Source: a virus (lineage: Duplodnaviria > Caudoviricetes). From it: DNA of 64,000 bases. Below the pieces are notes generated by a model. The model ran no database searches, was not told the origin of the DNA, and saw nothing but the letters and a program-made list of their open reading frames with translations. The stretch's first letter is position 1, and each line of letters begins with the position of its first letter. Where the stretch lies: positions 45,213-109,212 of IMG/VR virus record IMGVR_UViG_3300037067_015039, one strand, 5' to 3'. This document shows positions 10,310 through 20,807 of the stretch, in pieces. The position numbers and the translations under genes were made by a program.

Positions 10310-10475
10310 TAGTCTCTCTCCATCCATTAATTATGTTCGCATAATGATCGGGTATGCGCTTTTTTCCCATGATCCATTTATAGACTGTCTCGGGCCGAAC
10401 ATTGAGCTTTTCAGCGGCGGCGATATAATATATATCCAGATCGGATAAAAGTGTTCTTAATCCGTGAGCTTCCAT
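10263..10475 (-). CDS. small HTH protein
   Basis: AAAEKLNVRPETVYKWIMG. Confidence 0.65.
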   Translation of the reverse strand: MEAHGLRTLLSDLDIYYIAAAEKLNVRPETVYKWIMGKKRIPDHYANIINGWRETNAKNRVSSKEVCPKP

Positions 10476-10483
10476 ATTATCCT

Positions 10484-10774
10484 TTATTTCAATGCCGCAT
10501 AGTCACCACAAACAACCCATGTGATCTTTTCTCCGGTCAGATAGGCATGGTCGCTTCCGTCATCTGACGTGCATTGTTCGAGCCTGCTATTACAACGACC
10601 CTTTGCCACAAAGAATATTCGCCAGATTCCCTCAAGATATTGGACCTTAAAAAGGGTTCCATCCGAAAAGGCCAAATAGCAAGGCTTGTCGTCTGTAGAA
10701 TAATGGTTGAATTCTTCTCCGATATCTCCTTCGACCTCGATCAGATCGTCACTTGCTCCGTATACTTCAATCAT
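10484..10774 (-). CDS. conserved phage hypothetical protein
   Basis: IEVYGASDDLIEVEG motif recalled from phage hypotheticals; AAGGAG RBS. Confidence 0.6.
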   Translation of the reverse strand: MIEVYGASDDLIEVEGDIGEEFNHYSTDDKPCYLAFSDGTLFKVQYLEGIWRIFFVAKGRCNSRLEQCTSDDGSDHAYLTGEKITWVVCGDYAALK

Positions 10775-11836
10775 AAGCTCTCCTTAACATCATTGCATCC
10801 ATTTCTTTGGCGTTTTAAGCCGACGAAGAAGAAACCGTTTCCACCAGTTCGGGCGCCGGCAAGGGTATTTCACCATCGGGATATTGATATCAGTGCAATC
10901 GCCCGGGTAAGTGTTTGAAGTCCATAGAACATAATCTCCCCCGGGGTAGCACATTTGGTCTCCGCGCTGGATCTCATCGGTTATTTCCACTCTTTCGAGC
11001 ATAATACCCCAGTTGTGATAAACAGGAGACCTGCACAATAACCATACCCTTGTTTTATAGAACTCTATTTCATCAACAGTTCCGTATATCTTACCCAATA
11101 TATAACCCCCTTTTCATAAAAGCAAATATCTTATTGCTATTTATAACCATTTATAAGCTTTTGTTCATCAATAACATTGTAATCTTCCGGTTTGATATCT
11201 ATGATCGGCCCGGAGCCTGTATCGACATTTGGAGTTTTGGGCTGATTCCCAGGGATAAAGTTACTAATTGCACAAGATTCTAAAATTTCCTCGCCTATCT
11301 TGGCAACTATACTTAATAATGTTTCATCCAATTTGATTGCCGGATCAACGCGAACCTCCCATTTAGGACATTGTATATCCGTAAAGACAATCGGTCCTGT
11401 AAATCTGCGCCCCATGTCAAAATAGGTTTTCGTCATTTTATATATCCCAGGATTTTTTCCACTCATAACCACATAGATCACAGCGAAAATAAACATTATC
11501 GTCTCTAACCCTAGAGTCGATGAGGATGCAACCGGAACGATGGCATAACGGACAAGGGTTTATACTCGTATTATGAATGTCCATACAAGCATCCACCCCA
11601 CTCTGTCCATATATTCTCCTGACTAATTCAATTTCCGCTTTTGAGATTATTCGAGGATTTATCCGCCGCCATTGCCTATTCGTACCACTTTTCCCCACAA
11701 ACCTTACAATGGCATTCCGCAATCCACGAACAACACGCCCGGCGCCCAACCAACCTGATTTCAACATCGCCATTCTCCCCGCAAATAGGACATACACGAA
11801 TTTCGAGCTCTAGCCTCCATGGCCGGCGATTGGATG

Positions 11837-12391
11837 TTATTTCTTTTTTGACTGTTTGAGTTTGCACGATGCCTCCTTTTTAACGGCATCCTCGGCTTGT
11901 TGAACAACTTCTTTCGCTCTTTCCCGAAGCTTCGAATATCCATATTTCATAACGCTCAGGAGATCCTTCACTTCAGCAAGATATATTTTGGCGAATTCCG
12001 GATCCCGCTCAGCGATCGACGAAGTGTTGGAAATAATATCTGCATACTTTATCGTCTGAGCTTCTCCTGATACCAATGCAAGCCGGTCTCTCTCAATCCT
12101 TTTACGAATATTGCGCTTAGCGTCCTCTGGTTTGGTTATATGAGTCACTTCCGCTACCAGGCTGGCTACGTGAGTATCCAATTGCCTCAAATCATCTAAA
12201 AGCAATGCAGTATCTTCAATTGTGTCGTGCAACCATCCAGCCGCAATCTGTTCCTTGCTGGCGTGATATTCTTTGAGAATTTCGGCGACTTCCTTACAAT
12301 GATTGATGTAAGGCTCTCCGGTATATTTCCGTACTTGTCCCATGTGCCAAATCGATGCCAGCAATTTAGCTTTTTCGATGATTGAGTTCAT
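11837..12391 (-). CDS. HD-domain (p)ppGpp-hydrolase-like protein (Mesh1/SAH type)
   Basis: HMGQVRKYTGEPYINH, LHDTIEDT, VAEVT, IKYADIISN. Confidence 0.85.
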   Translation of the reverse strand: MNSIIEKAKLLASIWHMGQVRKYTGEPYINHCKEVAEILKEYHASKEQIAAGWLHDTIEDTALLLDDLRQLDTHVASLVAEVTHITKPEDAKRNIRKRIERDRLALVSGEAQTIKYADIISNTSSIAERDPEFAKIYLAEVKDLLSVMKYGYSKLRERAKEVVQQAEDAVKKEASCKLKQSKKK

Positions 12392-12663
12392 TTTTCCTTT
12401 AACCATAGCTTTCGGCTTAGGTCCGTCATTTTGTCACATGCATCAATATATTTCTTTGAAACCGCTATAATTTCAGCATTGCACGTCTGGAGATTTTCCA
12501 TAACTGCGTTTGCTCTTTTGGATAAAGCCCCTGACTTTTCGATTTCCACTAATATAAACTTTTCAAAATCAACAATAGATTTAGCCAATTCATAAATCGA
12601 AAGAGATGACTTTACAAACATTTCCGCCCATTCCAATTCTAATGTTTCGTTATTCATAGCCAT
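12388..12663 (-). CDS. hypothetical protein
   Basis: GGAGG RBS; coupled to the HD gene. Confidence 0.55.
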   Translation of the reverse strand: MAMNNETLELEWAEMFVKSSLSIYELAKSIVDFEKFILVEIEKSGALSKRANAVMENLQTCNAEIIAVSKKYIDACDKMTDLSRKLWLKEK

Positions 12664-13639
12664 TCCTCCAATTTACTGCTTTCCGACCCAGGACGCCGTT
12701 GGCCCCCCGCGCTCGTGATTTATGCGTATTTTCTTTCTTTTTCTCATTTTTGCCAGATTTTGCCTTAATTTTCTGACTTTTCGATGAAAATTCCGCATTT
12801 TTGAAGCGGTCCCGTGAGCGCACGAAATATGGATCCCAACTACCCTGTTTTGAAAAGTCGAAATCAAGAAGCTCTGCAACTGCATGATGCAAATTTTGCG
12901 CTTTTTGCTGAATTTCCAGCCATTTTTTCTCTTTATAGGGGTCCGTGATCCCATAATAGAGCTTTAGGCGATATTTCACGACATCATCGCGCTTCAAACT
13001 GCATACTACTTCCGCAGAGGCTTTGGTAATAAACGCATTCCCGGTCGGACGCCAGGCGCCGCGGCTGAATTTCTCAATTACCCACACTCTTGGAGTCTTC
13101 ATCGTTTTCCTTTTTCGGTGGAGCAACCTCTCTCACGCCGACTAATTTGCAAATTCCCCACATCCGTAGGTCCAAGCCGGCCTTTTTATAGCACTGATGC
13201 CAGATTGCCTCTTTTAGGATGCTTCCTGGAGACGGTACATTCAAAAGAGTTGGAGGTTCAGGGATTTCAATTGGCCCAACATCTTCATTCTCTCCGCACA
13301 ATGGACACGAATAAATCAGGAATGCTTGCATTATTCCCCATCAAAAGCGAAAAAGCGTTTAATCGATAGCCATATGCGCCAATACATTGGAGTCCTGGAA
13401 ACCTGATAATTTAAAACAACGCCGAAAAGTTCATTTTCGTCGGCCATGACGGTGATTTTTACTTTATAAAAATTATCATCCACTTTTACGGGATCACATC
13501 TTTTGTTCCAAATTATCTTACCGGCAGCGGATTCTCTCTCAACCAAACTTATTAATGCTGGTGGAAGCTTAATAAAGGCCGATTCGCCTGGATTGAGAAT
13601 TGTATTGCGCCCTTGATCGATAATTTTCAATTGCCACTC

Positions 13640-14053
13640 CTACTGGATTGTAGTTTTTCCCATCCCATGTTGCTTCTTGCCCAACTCAGCTTGCTTAGCC
13701 ATTTGGGACCAGAAATCGGCCAGAATATGATAAGTGGACGCCTGGGCTTCCAGGGACATGATCTGAAGAAATAAAGGATCAATAAGAGTCATAAAACTTA
13801 CCTCTCCCGATTTCTTCAATTCCTTTATAGTGGTCATGGCAAAGTAATCACCCAGTTTTGGAGACATATGTTCATGCCATTTCTGTTTGAACTCATTCAT
13901 GAATTGGTTTCTTCCCGGGTCTTTGTCTTTGCCGGGTTGCATTCCAGCGCATTCTTCCCAAAACCGCTTATTATTCTCGATCTGCGGCATTTTGAGACTC
14001 TCTTTCTTTCTGGTATGAAACTTATCCTTCATGAATTTGACCAATTTAAACAT
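13640..14053 (-). CDS. hypothetical protein
   Basis: In the gene run with coupled start/stop. Confidence 0.55.
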   Translation of the reverse strand: MFKLVKFMKDKFHTRKKESLKMPQIENNKRFWEECAGMQPGKDKDPGRNQFMNEFKQKWHEHMSPKLGDYFAMTTIKELKKSGEVSFMTLIDPLFLQIMSLEAQASTYHILADFWSQMAKQAELGKKQHGMGKTTIQ

Positions 14054-14588
14054 TCAGTTTCTCCCTTTGCCCTTCGGCAATCAATTTGGCAATGAACTTG
14101 CCGGCGTCTTCATAACTCCAGGCGTGAATGAAATTTTTTCCAACCGTGCTCGTTGCATCCGGGAAGATCGTTTTCCCTTCGCCTTTTACGATTGTTTCCG
14201 ACCAGTCGATATTGATCACGTGGCTTCGCCACCCGATGATGAATCGGCCAATAGAAGTCGTCACTTTGAACCATGGCTTGTCCTGGCAACACCAATCGGA
14301 ACAATAACCATTCGGAATCTCCTCAACGTAGATTGGTTTCGGAAAGAGATTGATAATTTCCGATCGTTCAATTTTTCTAGTTTCTGCACGTTGCGGATCC
14401 CGGCTGACAGTCTCCTTGGCGATAATTTTCTTGAGTTCATCACACTTATTGCTAATTTCCCTGGTCTCATAGGGAGTGAGTTCTCGTCCGGTTCTAACAA
14501 ATACCTTGAAGCCTATAACACCAAAAGATGAAACAGACTCCTGATAATGAACCAGTTTATAATCTACTAGAGAATTTCTATCATCCAT
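14046..14588 (-). CDS. conserved phage hypothetical protein
   Basis: EEIPNGYC...PWFKVTTSIG...GWR..VINIDW. Confidence 0.6.
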   Translation of the reverse strand: MDDRNSLVDYKLVHYQESVSSFGVIGFKVFVRTGRELTPYETREISNKCDELKKIIAKETVSRDPQRAETRKIERSEIINLFPKPIYVEEIPNGYCSDWCCQDKPWFKVTTSIGRFIIGWRSHVINIDWSETIVKGEGKTIFPDATSTVGKNFIHAWSYEDAGKFIAKLIAEGQREKLNV

Positions 14589-14590
14589 GC

Positions 14591-15214
14591 TTAGTTCTCC
14601 CTAATATTTGGGGCGTCGGTGATTTTCTGTTCAACCCGATCAATTTTCTCTGCCGCAGCCCCGCCGATCTCTGTTCTGATTGTGTAAAGCTCCTGGAAGA
14701 GGTAGATTGCCATTTCAACAACAGTGACCGGCTTCTTCCCGGCCTGATTCACATGTTGATCTAATTCGCCGAAATGGTTCCCATGCTCGAAAGTATAACC
14801 GTTCGGGGTTTCAACAAACTCCGTTTTTTCTACCTCGAAGACGTCCGGGAAGAGTTCACGAATAGAGTTTTCAATCTCTAAAAATTGGTTATACATGACA
14901 TAGTTAGCGTCTTCTAAATTGCTCAATTCCTGCTGCAATTCAGAATTTCTGTTCTCAACCTTCATTTTTTCGACAGTTAATTTACTGATTTCAGCGTCTT
15001 TTTGAGCGGCTAATTCCCGCCATTTGCCGAAATATCGCATAGCGCCATCCATTTTGATGACTATAGCTCTAAACTTTTCCGGATCTGATTTCTCAAAAGC
15101 CTTTCCAACTTCTTCTGAAATTTTGTATCTCAAATTAACCTCCAGAACTTCCGAACCCATCAGCCCCGCGGTTAGTGGGTTCGAGTTTATTGACTTCTTC
15201 CAGGACTGCTTCAT
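14591..15214 (-). CDS. coiled-coil hypothetical protein (start uncertain)
   Basis: Long ORF with heptad-rich segment. Confidence 0.55.
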   Translation of the reverse strand: MKQSWKKSINSNPLTAGLMGSEVLEVNLRYKISEEVGKAFEKSDPEKFRAIVIKMDGAMRYFGKWRELAAQKDAEISKLTVEKMKVENRNSELQQELSNLEDANYVMYNQFLEIENSIRELFPDVFEVEKTEFVETPNGYTFEHGNHFGELDQHVNQAGKKPVTVVEMAIYLFQELYTIRTEIGGAAAEKIDRVEQKITDAPNIREN

Positions 15215-15578
15215 AAATCGGTTGAATCAGCATTTGTGCAATGCGATCGCCTTTATGGATTATGAGCGGGACGGCAGTATCGTTATTTTGAAGGGTGACA
15301 AAGACCTCTCCGATGTAGTTGGAGTCGACGACGCCGCCCAACACATCAATCCCTTTACTTGTCGCCAGTCCGGAACGGCTCCAAATGAGTCCGACATATC
15401 CGGCAGGAATCTTCAAGGCGATTCCAGTTCTGACTTTCAGGCGCAGGCCGGCCGGGACGATTCCTTCCTCGAGAGCATACAGGTCCATTCCGGCGTCACC
15501 GTGTCTCCCGTAAGTCGGGAGAATGGCTTCGTTCATAAGCTTCATAATCTGAACAAGAAGTCTGTAAGGTTTATCCAT
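15135..15578 (-). CDS. dut: dUTPase (trimeric)
   Basis: GDAGMDL, RSGLA, GVVDSNYIGE, GDRIAQM and RGADGFGSSG motifs. Confidence 0.95.
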   Translation of the reverse strand: MDKPYRLLVQIMKLMNEAILPTYGRHGDAGMDLYALEEGIVPAGLRLKVRTGIALKIPAGYVGLIWSRSGLATSKGIDVLGGVVDSNYIGEVFVTLQNNDTAVPLIIHKGDRIAQMLIQPIYEAVLEEVNKLEPTNRGADGFGSSGG

Positions 15579-17163
15579 GGAAGACCTCCTTTTGTTTGTA
15601 TTCGTCAATAAGCCGATGTTGATTTTCGATCACCATTGCCACAAAAGCCACATCCTGTCCGAGTTCCGGGTCCGGGAAGATCTGGAGGCCCATTCCCAAT
15701 TTATTGATGATCTTCCGTAATCCGACATGATTTCTGTCGTAACATTCTGTCCGTGTTTTTTTAATCAGAACGCACATCCCCAAGCCACAGAGATAACAAA
15801 ATAAGCCCCAAAGTCCGAATAAAACCTCGCCTGTGATCTCACCCATTTTTATTCTCCAATTATCATTTTGACAATCACCCAGAAAAAGATGATCCCAATT
15901 GCCATACAGGCCAGCATTTCAATGGCGCCGAAAGCCAGAATCAGAAACCACGTGATTCCCCATCCGTTATCGTCCGAATTTGATTTTTTCGTCGATTTGC
16001 ATGGTTTCGTACCGGGTTCGGTATTTGTACCTTGGCTTATATCCAACTTGCCGCGCTTTCTGAAATTCCGTCTCATATTTGCTCAACCTTTCCTGATCAG
16101 CGCAAAGAGGACACTTTCCGGAGTCGAAATGCACTTTGAGTTCAGAACCATGTTTTTCACAGATCGTCATTTGCTCGATCTCCAGCCTTCGAGCAAAATA
16201 TCGAGTAAGATCATGGCAATTACCGCAACCAGGATCACAGCGCCAAGATGATTCTCGATTGAAGTTAAGAATTGTTCCATTGCACATCCTCAAAAGGAGT
16301 TATGGCAATTTGCCGGTAAGAAAACCATCTCTTTTTCTCATGGAAGGCCCGAAGTTCGAATATATCTCCATCAACAGTCAAGAATTGAGGAAGCATATTT
16401 GTGGAAGATGGAATATATAGGCTTCTCAAAAGACATCCATCAAACCTGAAAAATTTAACTAACCGATCGCCCTCGGGTGCCAATCCCACGCTTTTATGCC
16501 AATCCGGATCCTCTTCATCATCCCATAGTATTGGCGTCCAGTTCATCGTTCCCACTGTTATGTCAGGGCCAAGTCGGGTTCCAACCCTGCCGGATCTATC
16601 CCACCCTTCCTTAATCATCATCTTCATCATGGATTCCTCACACTTTCATCGGCCATATAGCCCCTCGCATATTTTCGACTTCCCGTTGCACCGGAGGTTC
16701 CTTATAAAACCCATTCCGCGGATCGTCCAACCGTTGCACCCGGTTGTTGTGCTGAGGGGCTATAAAGCCGATCAAGTTCACTTTTTGACCACAAGAGCGT
16801 TCACTTTTTGAAGTCTCCAGCCGGGGATTTGAGGCATTTCTTTCACTTTTTGCCCTGACCCCCACTACATATTGTGGTCATGAATCCTTTTTAATGTCCT
16901 TCTGATCCTTCAACCGTTCTTTCATGAGCAGTGAGATCACTTCCGTATGCCCTTTTATCTCCAATTCCATTCCTCTGATATATGAACCAAGGCGTTCAAT
17001 ATCCTCCTGCTTTAATGTCCGCTCGGCTTTCACCTTCTTTATTTCGGCTTCAAGTTCTCTAACCCTGCTGTAAAGTGTGTTTCCCGCCTGGGTTGCCGTC
17101 ACAGAATCCATATCACTCCTTTGTGCCACGTGAAACTACGTTGTCCATGGACATCTATCCTTA

Positions 17164-17634
17164 TTAAGGCTTTTTGAAATATTCATGCGCTTTACAATAA
17201 AGGCACCATTCTTCAGGATCATCGATCCCCAGAGTGCAGGACTCATTCACGGAAGAATTCATGCAATGAGAGTGGGTAACAATAAACTTCAGCACTTTTT
17301 CAGCATCCTGGAGGCGATTAGTTTTCTCGGCCGCCGACATTGCGATGTTGTAACCTATTTCGTTTCCAAGGCCATATTGATAATTCAAGCCGGCGATTAC
17401 GTAGGGTGAGTCTACCTTCACATCGACCAATTTTCTCTCATGATACCCTTTTCTCCATCCGGCATTGTATGCTTCCATGGATTCAATTTTCATTTTAAGC
17501 AGATTGATTTTGGCCTGTTGCCACACGGACCACTTGCAATCGCAAAATAAGCAGATTCGGTATTGCGGGTCCACATGGAAAGCCGCATTCTCACCAGGCT
17601 CGGGATTAATGGCACCGCACTTCGGACAGTTCAT
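17164..17634 (-). CDS. hypothetical Zn-binding protein
   Basis: CxxC pairs; GGAGG RBS. Confidence 0.55.
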   Translation of the reverse strand: MNCPKCGAINPEPGENAAFHVDPQYRICLFCDCKWSVWQQAKINLLKMKIESMEAYNAGWRKGYHERKLVDVKVDSPYVIAGLNYQYGLGNEIGYNIAMSAAEKTNRLQDAEKVLKFIVTHSHCMNSSVNESCTLGIDDPEEWCLYCKAHEYFKKP

Positions 17635-17863
17635 TTATTCCTCCACATCAAGCCGTATCCCCAACCTTTTACAAATATAATTACAATTGTTCCTGGAATA
17701 CCGAGGACTGCAAATAGAGCGGAAAATCTACGATCTATTGATCTATTTTCATCGGCTATTGTCGGAAAGCTTTTTTGGAAAAAGGCGTATGTCCACCCAT
17801 AATTCAAAACACCGCAGATTATCCAAACCGCCAAAATAATATAAATGAACATCTTACCCTCAC

Positions 17864-18406
17864 TTATGGAAGAGTCGCTCCCACTACTTCCAGCATTGCG
17901 CGGACAGCCCGGACAGTATCAGGATTGGTGATGGAAAGACCCCGGAAACGCTCAGCAAAGTTATTTATTTCACTGATTTCCCATTTTTTCAGGTTCGCCG
18001 AACAGTCGTTCTCTATGATCGGCGCCACTGGAAGTCTTCCTTGATTCCATTGTTTGTAAGTTTGCAGCCAGGCATTCGCCTGCGCAGTGTCACAGTCTTC
18101 GATCTTTCTTTTGCAATGCTCGGCGCACGATTTTGGAAAACCAGGACAGTTTAAAATCGTCATTTGCATTATTCGTTCGGCTTCCTGAACCATCATGATC
18201 AGGGCCGCCTCCGTCGTCTTATCAGATTGTGCAGCCTTTCGATTCACCTCAAATTCCAACTCCGCAACACGTTTCTCACATTCGAGGATCTGCGCATCCG
18301 CGGCAGCTATATTATCCTGACTGTGTTTACGCGCAACCTGGGTCTCCTCGAGTACACGCTTCAACCGCTCGATTTCCGTCAACAGAACTCCTTGAGCTAA
18401 TGACAT
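17864..18406 (-). CDS. coiled-coil hypothetical protein
   Basis: Long ORF with G-rich RBS. Confidence 0.55.
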   Translation of the reverse strand: MSLAQGVLLTEIERLKRVLEETQVARKHSQDNIAAADAQILECEKRVAELEFEVNRKAAQSDKTTEAALIMMVQEAERIMQMTILNCPGFPKSCAEHCKRKIEDCDTAQANAWLQTYKQWNQGRLPVAPIIENDCSANLKKWEISEINNFAERFRGLSITNPDTVRAVRAMLEVVGATLP

Positions 18407-18443
18407 AATCCCCCCCCCGTAATAATTTAAGAAAGCGGCGCCG

Positions 18444-18707
18444 TCACTTGTCCAGGACTTCCACTTCTCCGTGATGAAGCAGTTGCGGCTGGATCGGGCT
18501 TCCGAACGTCATCAAATCCAAATACACCCTTCCCGTGAACAACACCCGAAGCCGGTCGCGCAACCCAAACGCCCAACAACTCCGCACCGTCCCGGACTCA
18601 TCACCCATCCTTAGCGCCGGCAGCGGCAAGTATTCCGGCTGCTGAGATCCATATATGATCAGATTAGCCCCTTTTGGCCATGGCTTCGGTGGCTGAATTA
18701 TCTTCAT
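18444..18707 (-). CDS. conserved phage hypothetical protein
   Basis: QPEYLPLPAL...SCW...RLRVLFTGRVYL; AAGGAG RBS. Confidence 0.65.
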   Translation of the reverse strand: MKIIQPPKPWPKGANLIIYGSQQPEYLPLPALRMGDESGTVRSCWAFGLRDRLRVLFTGRVYLDLMTFGSPIQPQLLHHGEVEVLDK

Positions 18708-18741
18708 ATCTCGGCTCCTTTTATGAAATCCTCAAAGAAAC

Positions 18742-19026
18742 TCATATTGTCTTCAATTCCTTGCCGTCTGGTTTGCCCAACAGTCCATCGAGAATATTCC
18801 TCTCTTCTTCTTCATAGAGAGATTTCGGCCACTCACCCCTTACGAGATTGAAATATGCCTCAATTATATCCTTGCGAATATCTCCACCATCTGAAGAGTA
18901 CCAACCCACCTTCCCAGTTACTTTTCTAAATGCCTCATCAAGTTCGTTTCGAAGCACTCCAATCCGCTGGTTCACTCGCTTTTTTGCCTCTTCCTGAACC
19001 TTTTTAATAAATTCTTGCTGATTCAT
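18742..19026 (-). CDS. hypothetical protein
   Basis: AAGGAG RBS; first gene after the leftward promoter. Confidence 0.65.
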   Translation of the reverse strand: MNQQEFIKKVQEEAKKRVNQRIGVLRNELDEAFRKVTGKVGWYSSDGGDIRKDIIEAYFNLVRGEWPKSLYEEEERNILDGLLGKPDGKELKTI

Positions 19027-19063
19027 ATCTCGGCTCCTTTGTGAAAATGTGAACGTATATGTG

Positions 19064-19091
19064 AATATAAGTCACATTCTCAGTTTGTCAA
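19064..19091 (-). promoter_or_regulatory. sigma70-like leftward promoter
   Basis: TTGACA-16-TATATT on the minus strand in an AT-rich gap. Confidence 0.55.
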
Positions 19092-19119
19092 CTATTTTTT
19101 ATGTGAAAATTATTAACTT

Positions 19120-19698
19120 CTACCGAATTTTCATCCCAAATCGATGTTTGGCGAACTTTCCGATCATTTTATACCCCAATTTCTCCATTTCCGCCTTCGT
19201 TCTGGTATGCGGCCCGGCCTTGCGCGAAATCATTCGTCCATGGACATCTATCCAAGTAGCCTCCGGATTCGTCTTCCCCAAATAATCCCAATTCGTCGCC
19301 CGGTATATCGCCCCGCTATGCCCCTGCCGCTCATCCGCATACGTCAAAAGATACTCCCACCGCCGATCCTGCCGGATCAACCGCACCGATTGCATGATCA
19401 AATACGACGCCGCATTCTTCGGAACCCCCGGATCTATCACCAACCTCGACAATACCAGCACCCCCCTCCAATTCTCCGGGTAATTCGCCTGCGCCGCCGC
19501 CTTCGTGGGAGGTATCCACCACGCTATCCCGATACACTCCTCCATGGACTTCACACAATATAGCCCATGCCGGAACACCGCCGTATTGCTCCCGCCCCCC
19601 GCATAATGATATAGCCTCACCTTCTCTTGACACACCGCCAGCGCCACTTCCCGAACCTCGTACTCCCCCCGCCGCAGCACTTCTCCAGCCGGCTTCAT
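19120..19698 (-). CDS. Mom-family (GNAT-fold) DNA modification protein
   Basis: YHY, LSRLVI..VPKNAASYLI..S, TYADERQGHSGAIYRATNWDYLG. Confidence 0.8.
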   Translation of the reverse strand: MKPAGEVLRRGEYEVREVALAVCQEKVRLYHYAGGGSNTAVFRHGLYCVKSMEECIGIAWWIPPTKAAAQANYPENWRGVLVLSRLVIDPGVPKNAASYLIMQSVRLIRQDRRWEYLLTYADERQGHSGAIYRATNWDYLGKTNPEATWIDVHGRMISRKAGPHTRTKAEMEKLGYKMIGKFAKHRFGMKIR

Positions 19699-19955
19699 CG
19701 AAACTCAACACTCCCGCCCAAAAAACTGTCCCCACGAGCCTTCACCCGCCGCCCCCGCCGCCCCTCCCTCAATACCTTCACCCGCTCAACATCCTGGATA
19801 AGCCTCAAAAACCCCTCTTCCACCACTTTGCTGATCCCACTTACCCCCCGCTCCCACCGGCTCACAGTCTCCGCACTCACCCCAAGCTCACCCGCAACCT
19901 CTTTCCCCAAAAGCCCAACCCCAACCCGCAACGATTTCATCCAAAGACCTTCCAT
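19695..19955 (-). CDS. XRE-family HTH regulator
   Basis: LRVGVGLLGKEVAGELGVSAETVSRWERG. Confidence 0.8.
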   Translation of the reverse strand: MEGLWMKSLRVGVGLLGKEVAGELGVSAETVSRWERGVSGISKVVEEGFLRLIQDVERVKVLREGRRGRRVKARGDSFLGGSVEFR

Positions 19956-20009
19956 CCCTCACCCCCACACCTTCACAAAATAATCATATGTCAGCTATAT
20001 TACGAGCGG

Positions 20010-20173
20010 AGACAACATTATGTCAAGAATTCAACAACCATAGTGAAGTCAAAGAAAGAACTCTCAGCCCATTATCTAGAAATATGCCCCGGAGTTCTTT
20101 TAATAAACCGCAAAGGCAAAGGAAAGGCAAAAATGCTCCAAAACACGGGGTCTAGACAACATATTGTCAAGAA
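20010..20173. repeat. 20-bp imperfect direct repeat, each copy containing a minus-strand TTGACA
   Basis: agacaacattatgtcaagaa (20010-20029) and agacaacatattgtcaagaa (20154-20173). Confidence 0.7.
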
Positions 20174-20375
20174 AAGTAGGGGATGAAAAAAATTGAGCAC
20201 GTACATATCGACACTAGATACTATACTCTCGGGGTGCCCGGCCGCGGGTCCGACACCTACCCGGCACCCCTCGTCGATCGTGCCGCGGCCGTTTTCCCTC
20301 GCCGTTGTTTTCCCTGCCTCGTTTGTTGTGGCTGTATCTCATTGTGACCATTACACTTCCTGTCTTTTGCGCGAT

Positions 20376-20408
20376 CCAAGTTTACAAAAGGGCATTTTGT
20401 AAACTTGG
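20376..20408. repeat. perfect 14-bp inverted repeat
   Basis: ccaagtttacaaaa-gggca-ttttgtaaacttgg. Confidence 0.85.
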
Positions 20409-20807
20409 CAGGAGTGGCGCTTTCTAGGGCAGAAAATGAGCTCTTAATTCATATCACAAACATGTCTTTCTCCACTTTTGGGTTTAGTGCCGAGTGGTAC
20501 AAAATGTATCACTTTAAGTCCCTGGACAAATCGACACCTTACCGAATTGCGCTTTCAGGATTGTTGGGCGACTGATACATTTTGTACCAGTTTGGGTGCA
20601 TCCGGTTGTGTGTTATGTGCGGTTTTGCATCATCGGTTTGGGCGTAGCCAGGACGAAATTGCTCTATAAGTGAAGTTCTTTCACGTGCTTTTGATTTTCG
20701 GGGTATTAGGGTAAGGACATTCTACAATTCGTTGCTCCTGGTGGATTATACGAGGGTTTTCTCTGTGTGATTTCGGTGTTAATCATGGTTTACAGCCCTT
20801 CTGTCGA

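Noticed and set aside
19144-19983. Long + strand ORFs (19144-19563, 19627-19983) and the alternate-frame ORF 19331-19735
   Set aside because: By-products of extreme C/G skew depleting stop codons; they overlap well-supported genes.
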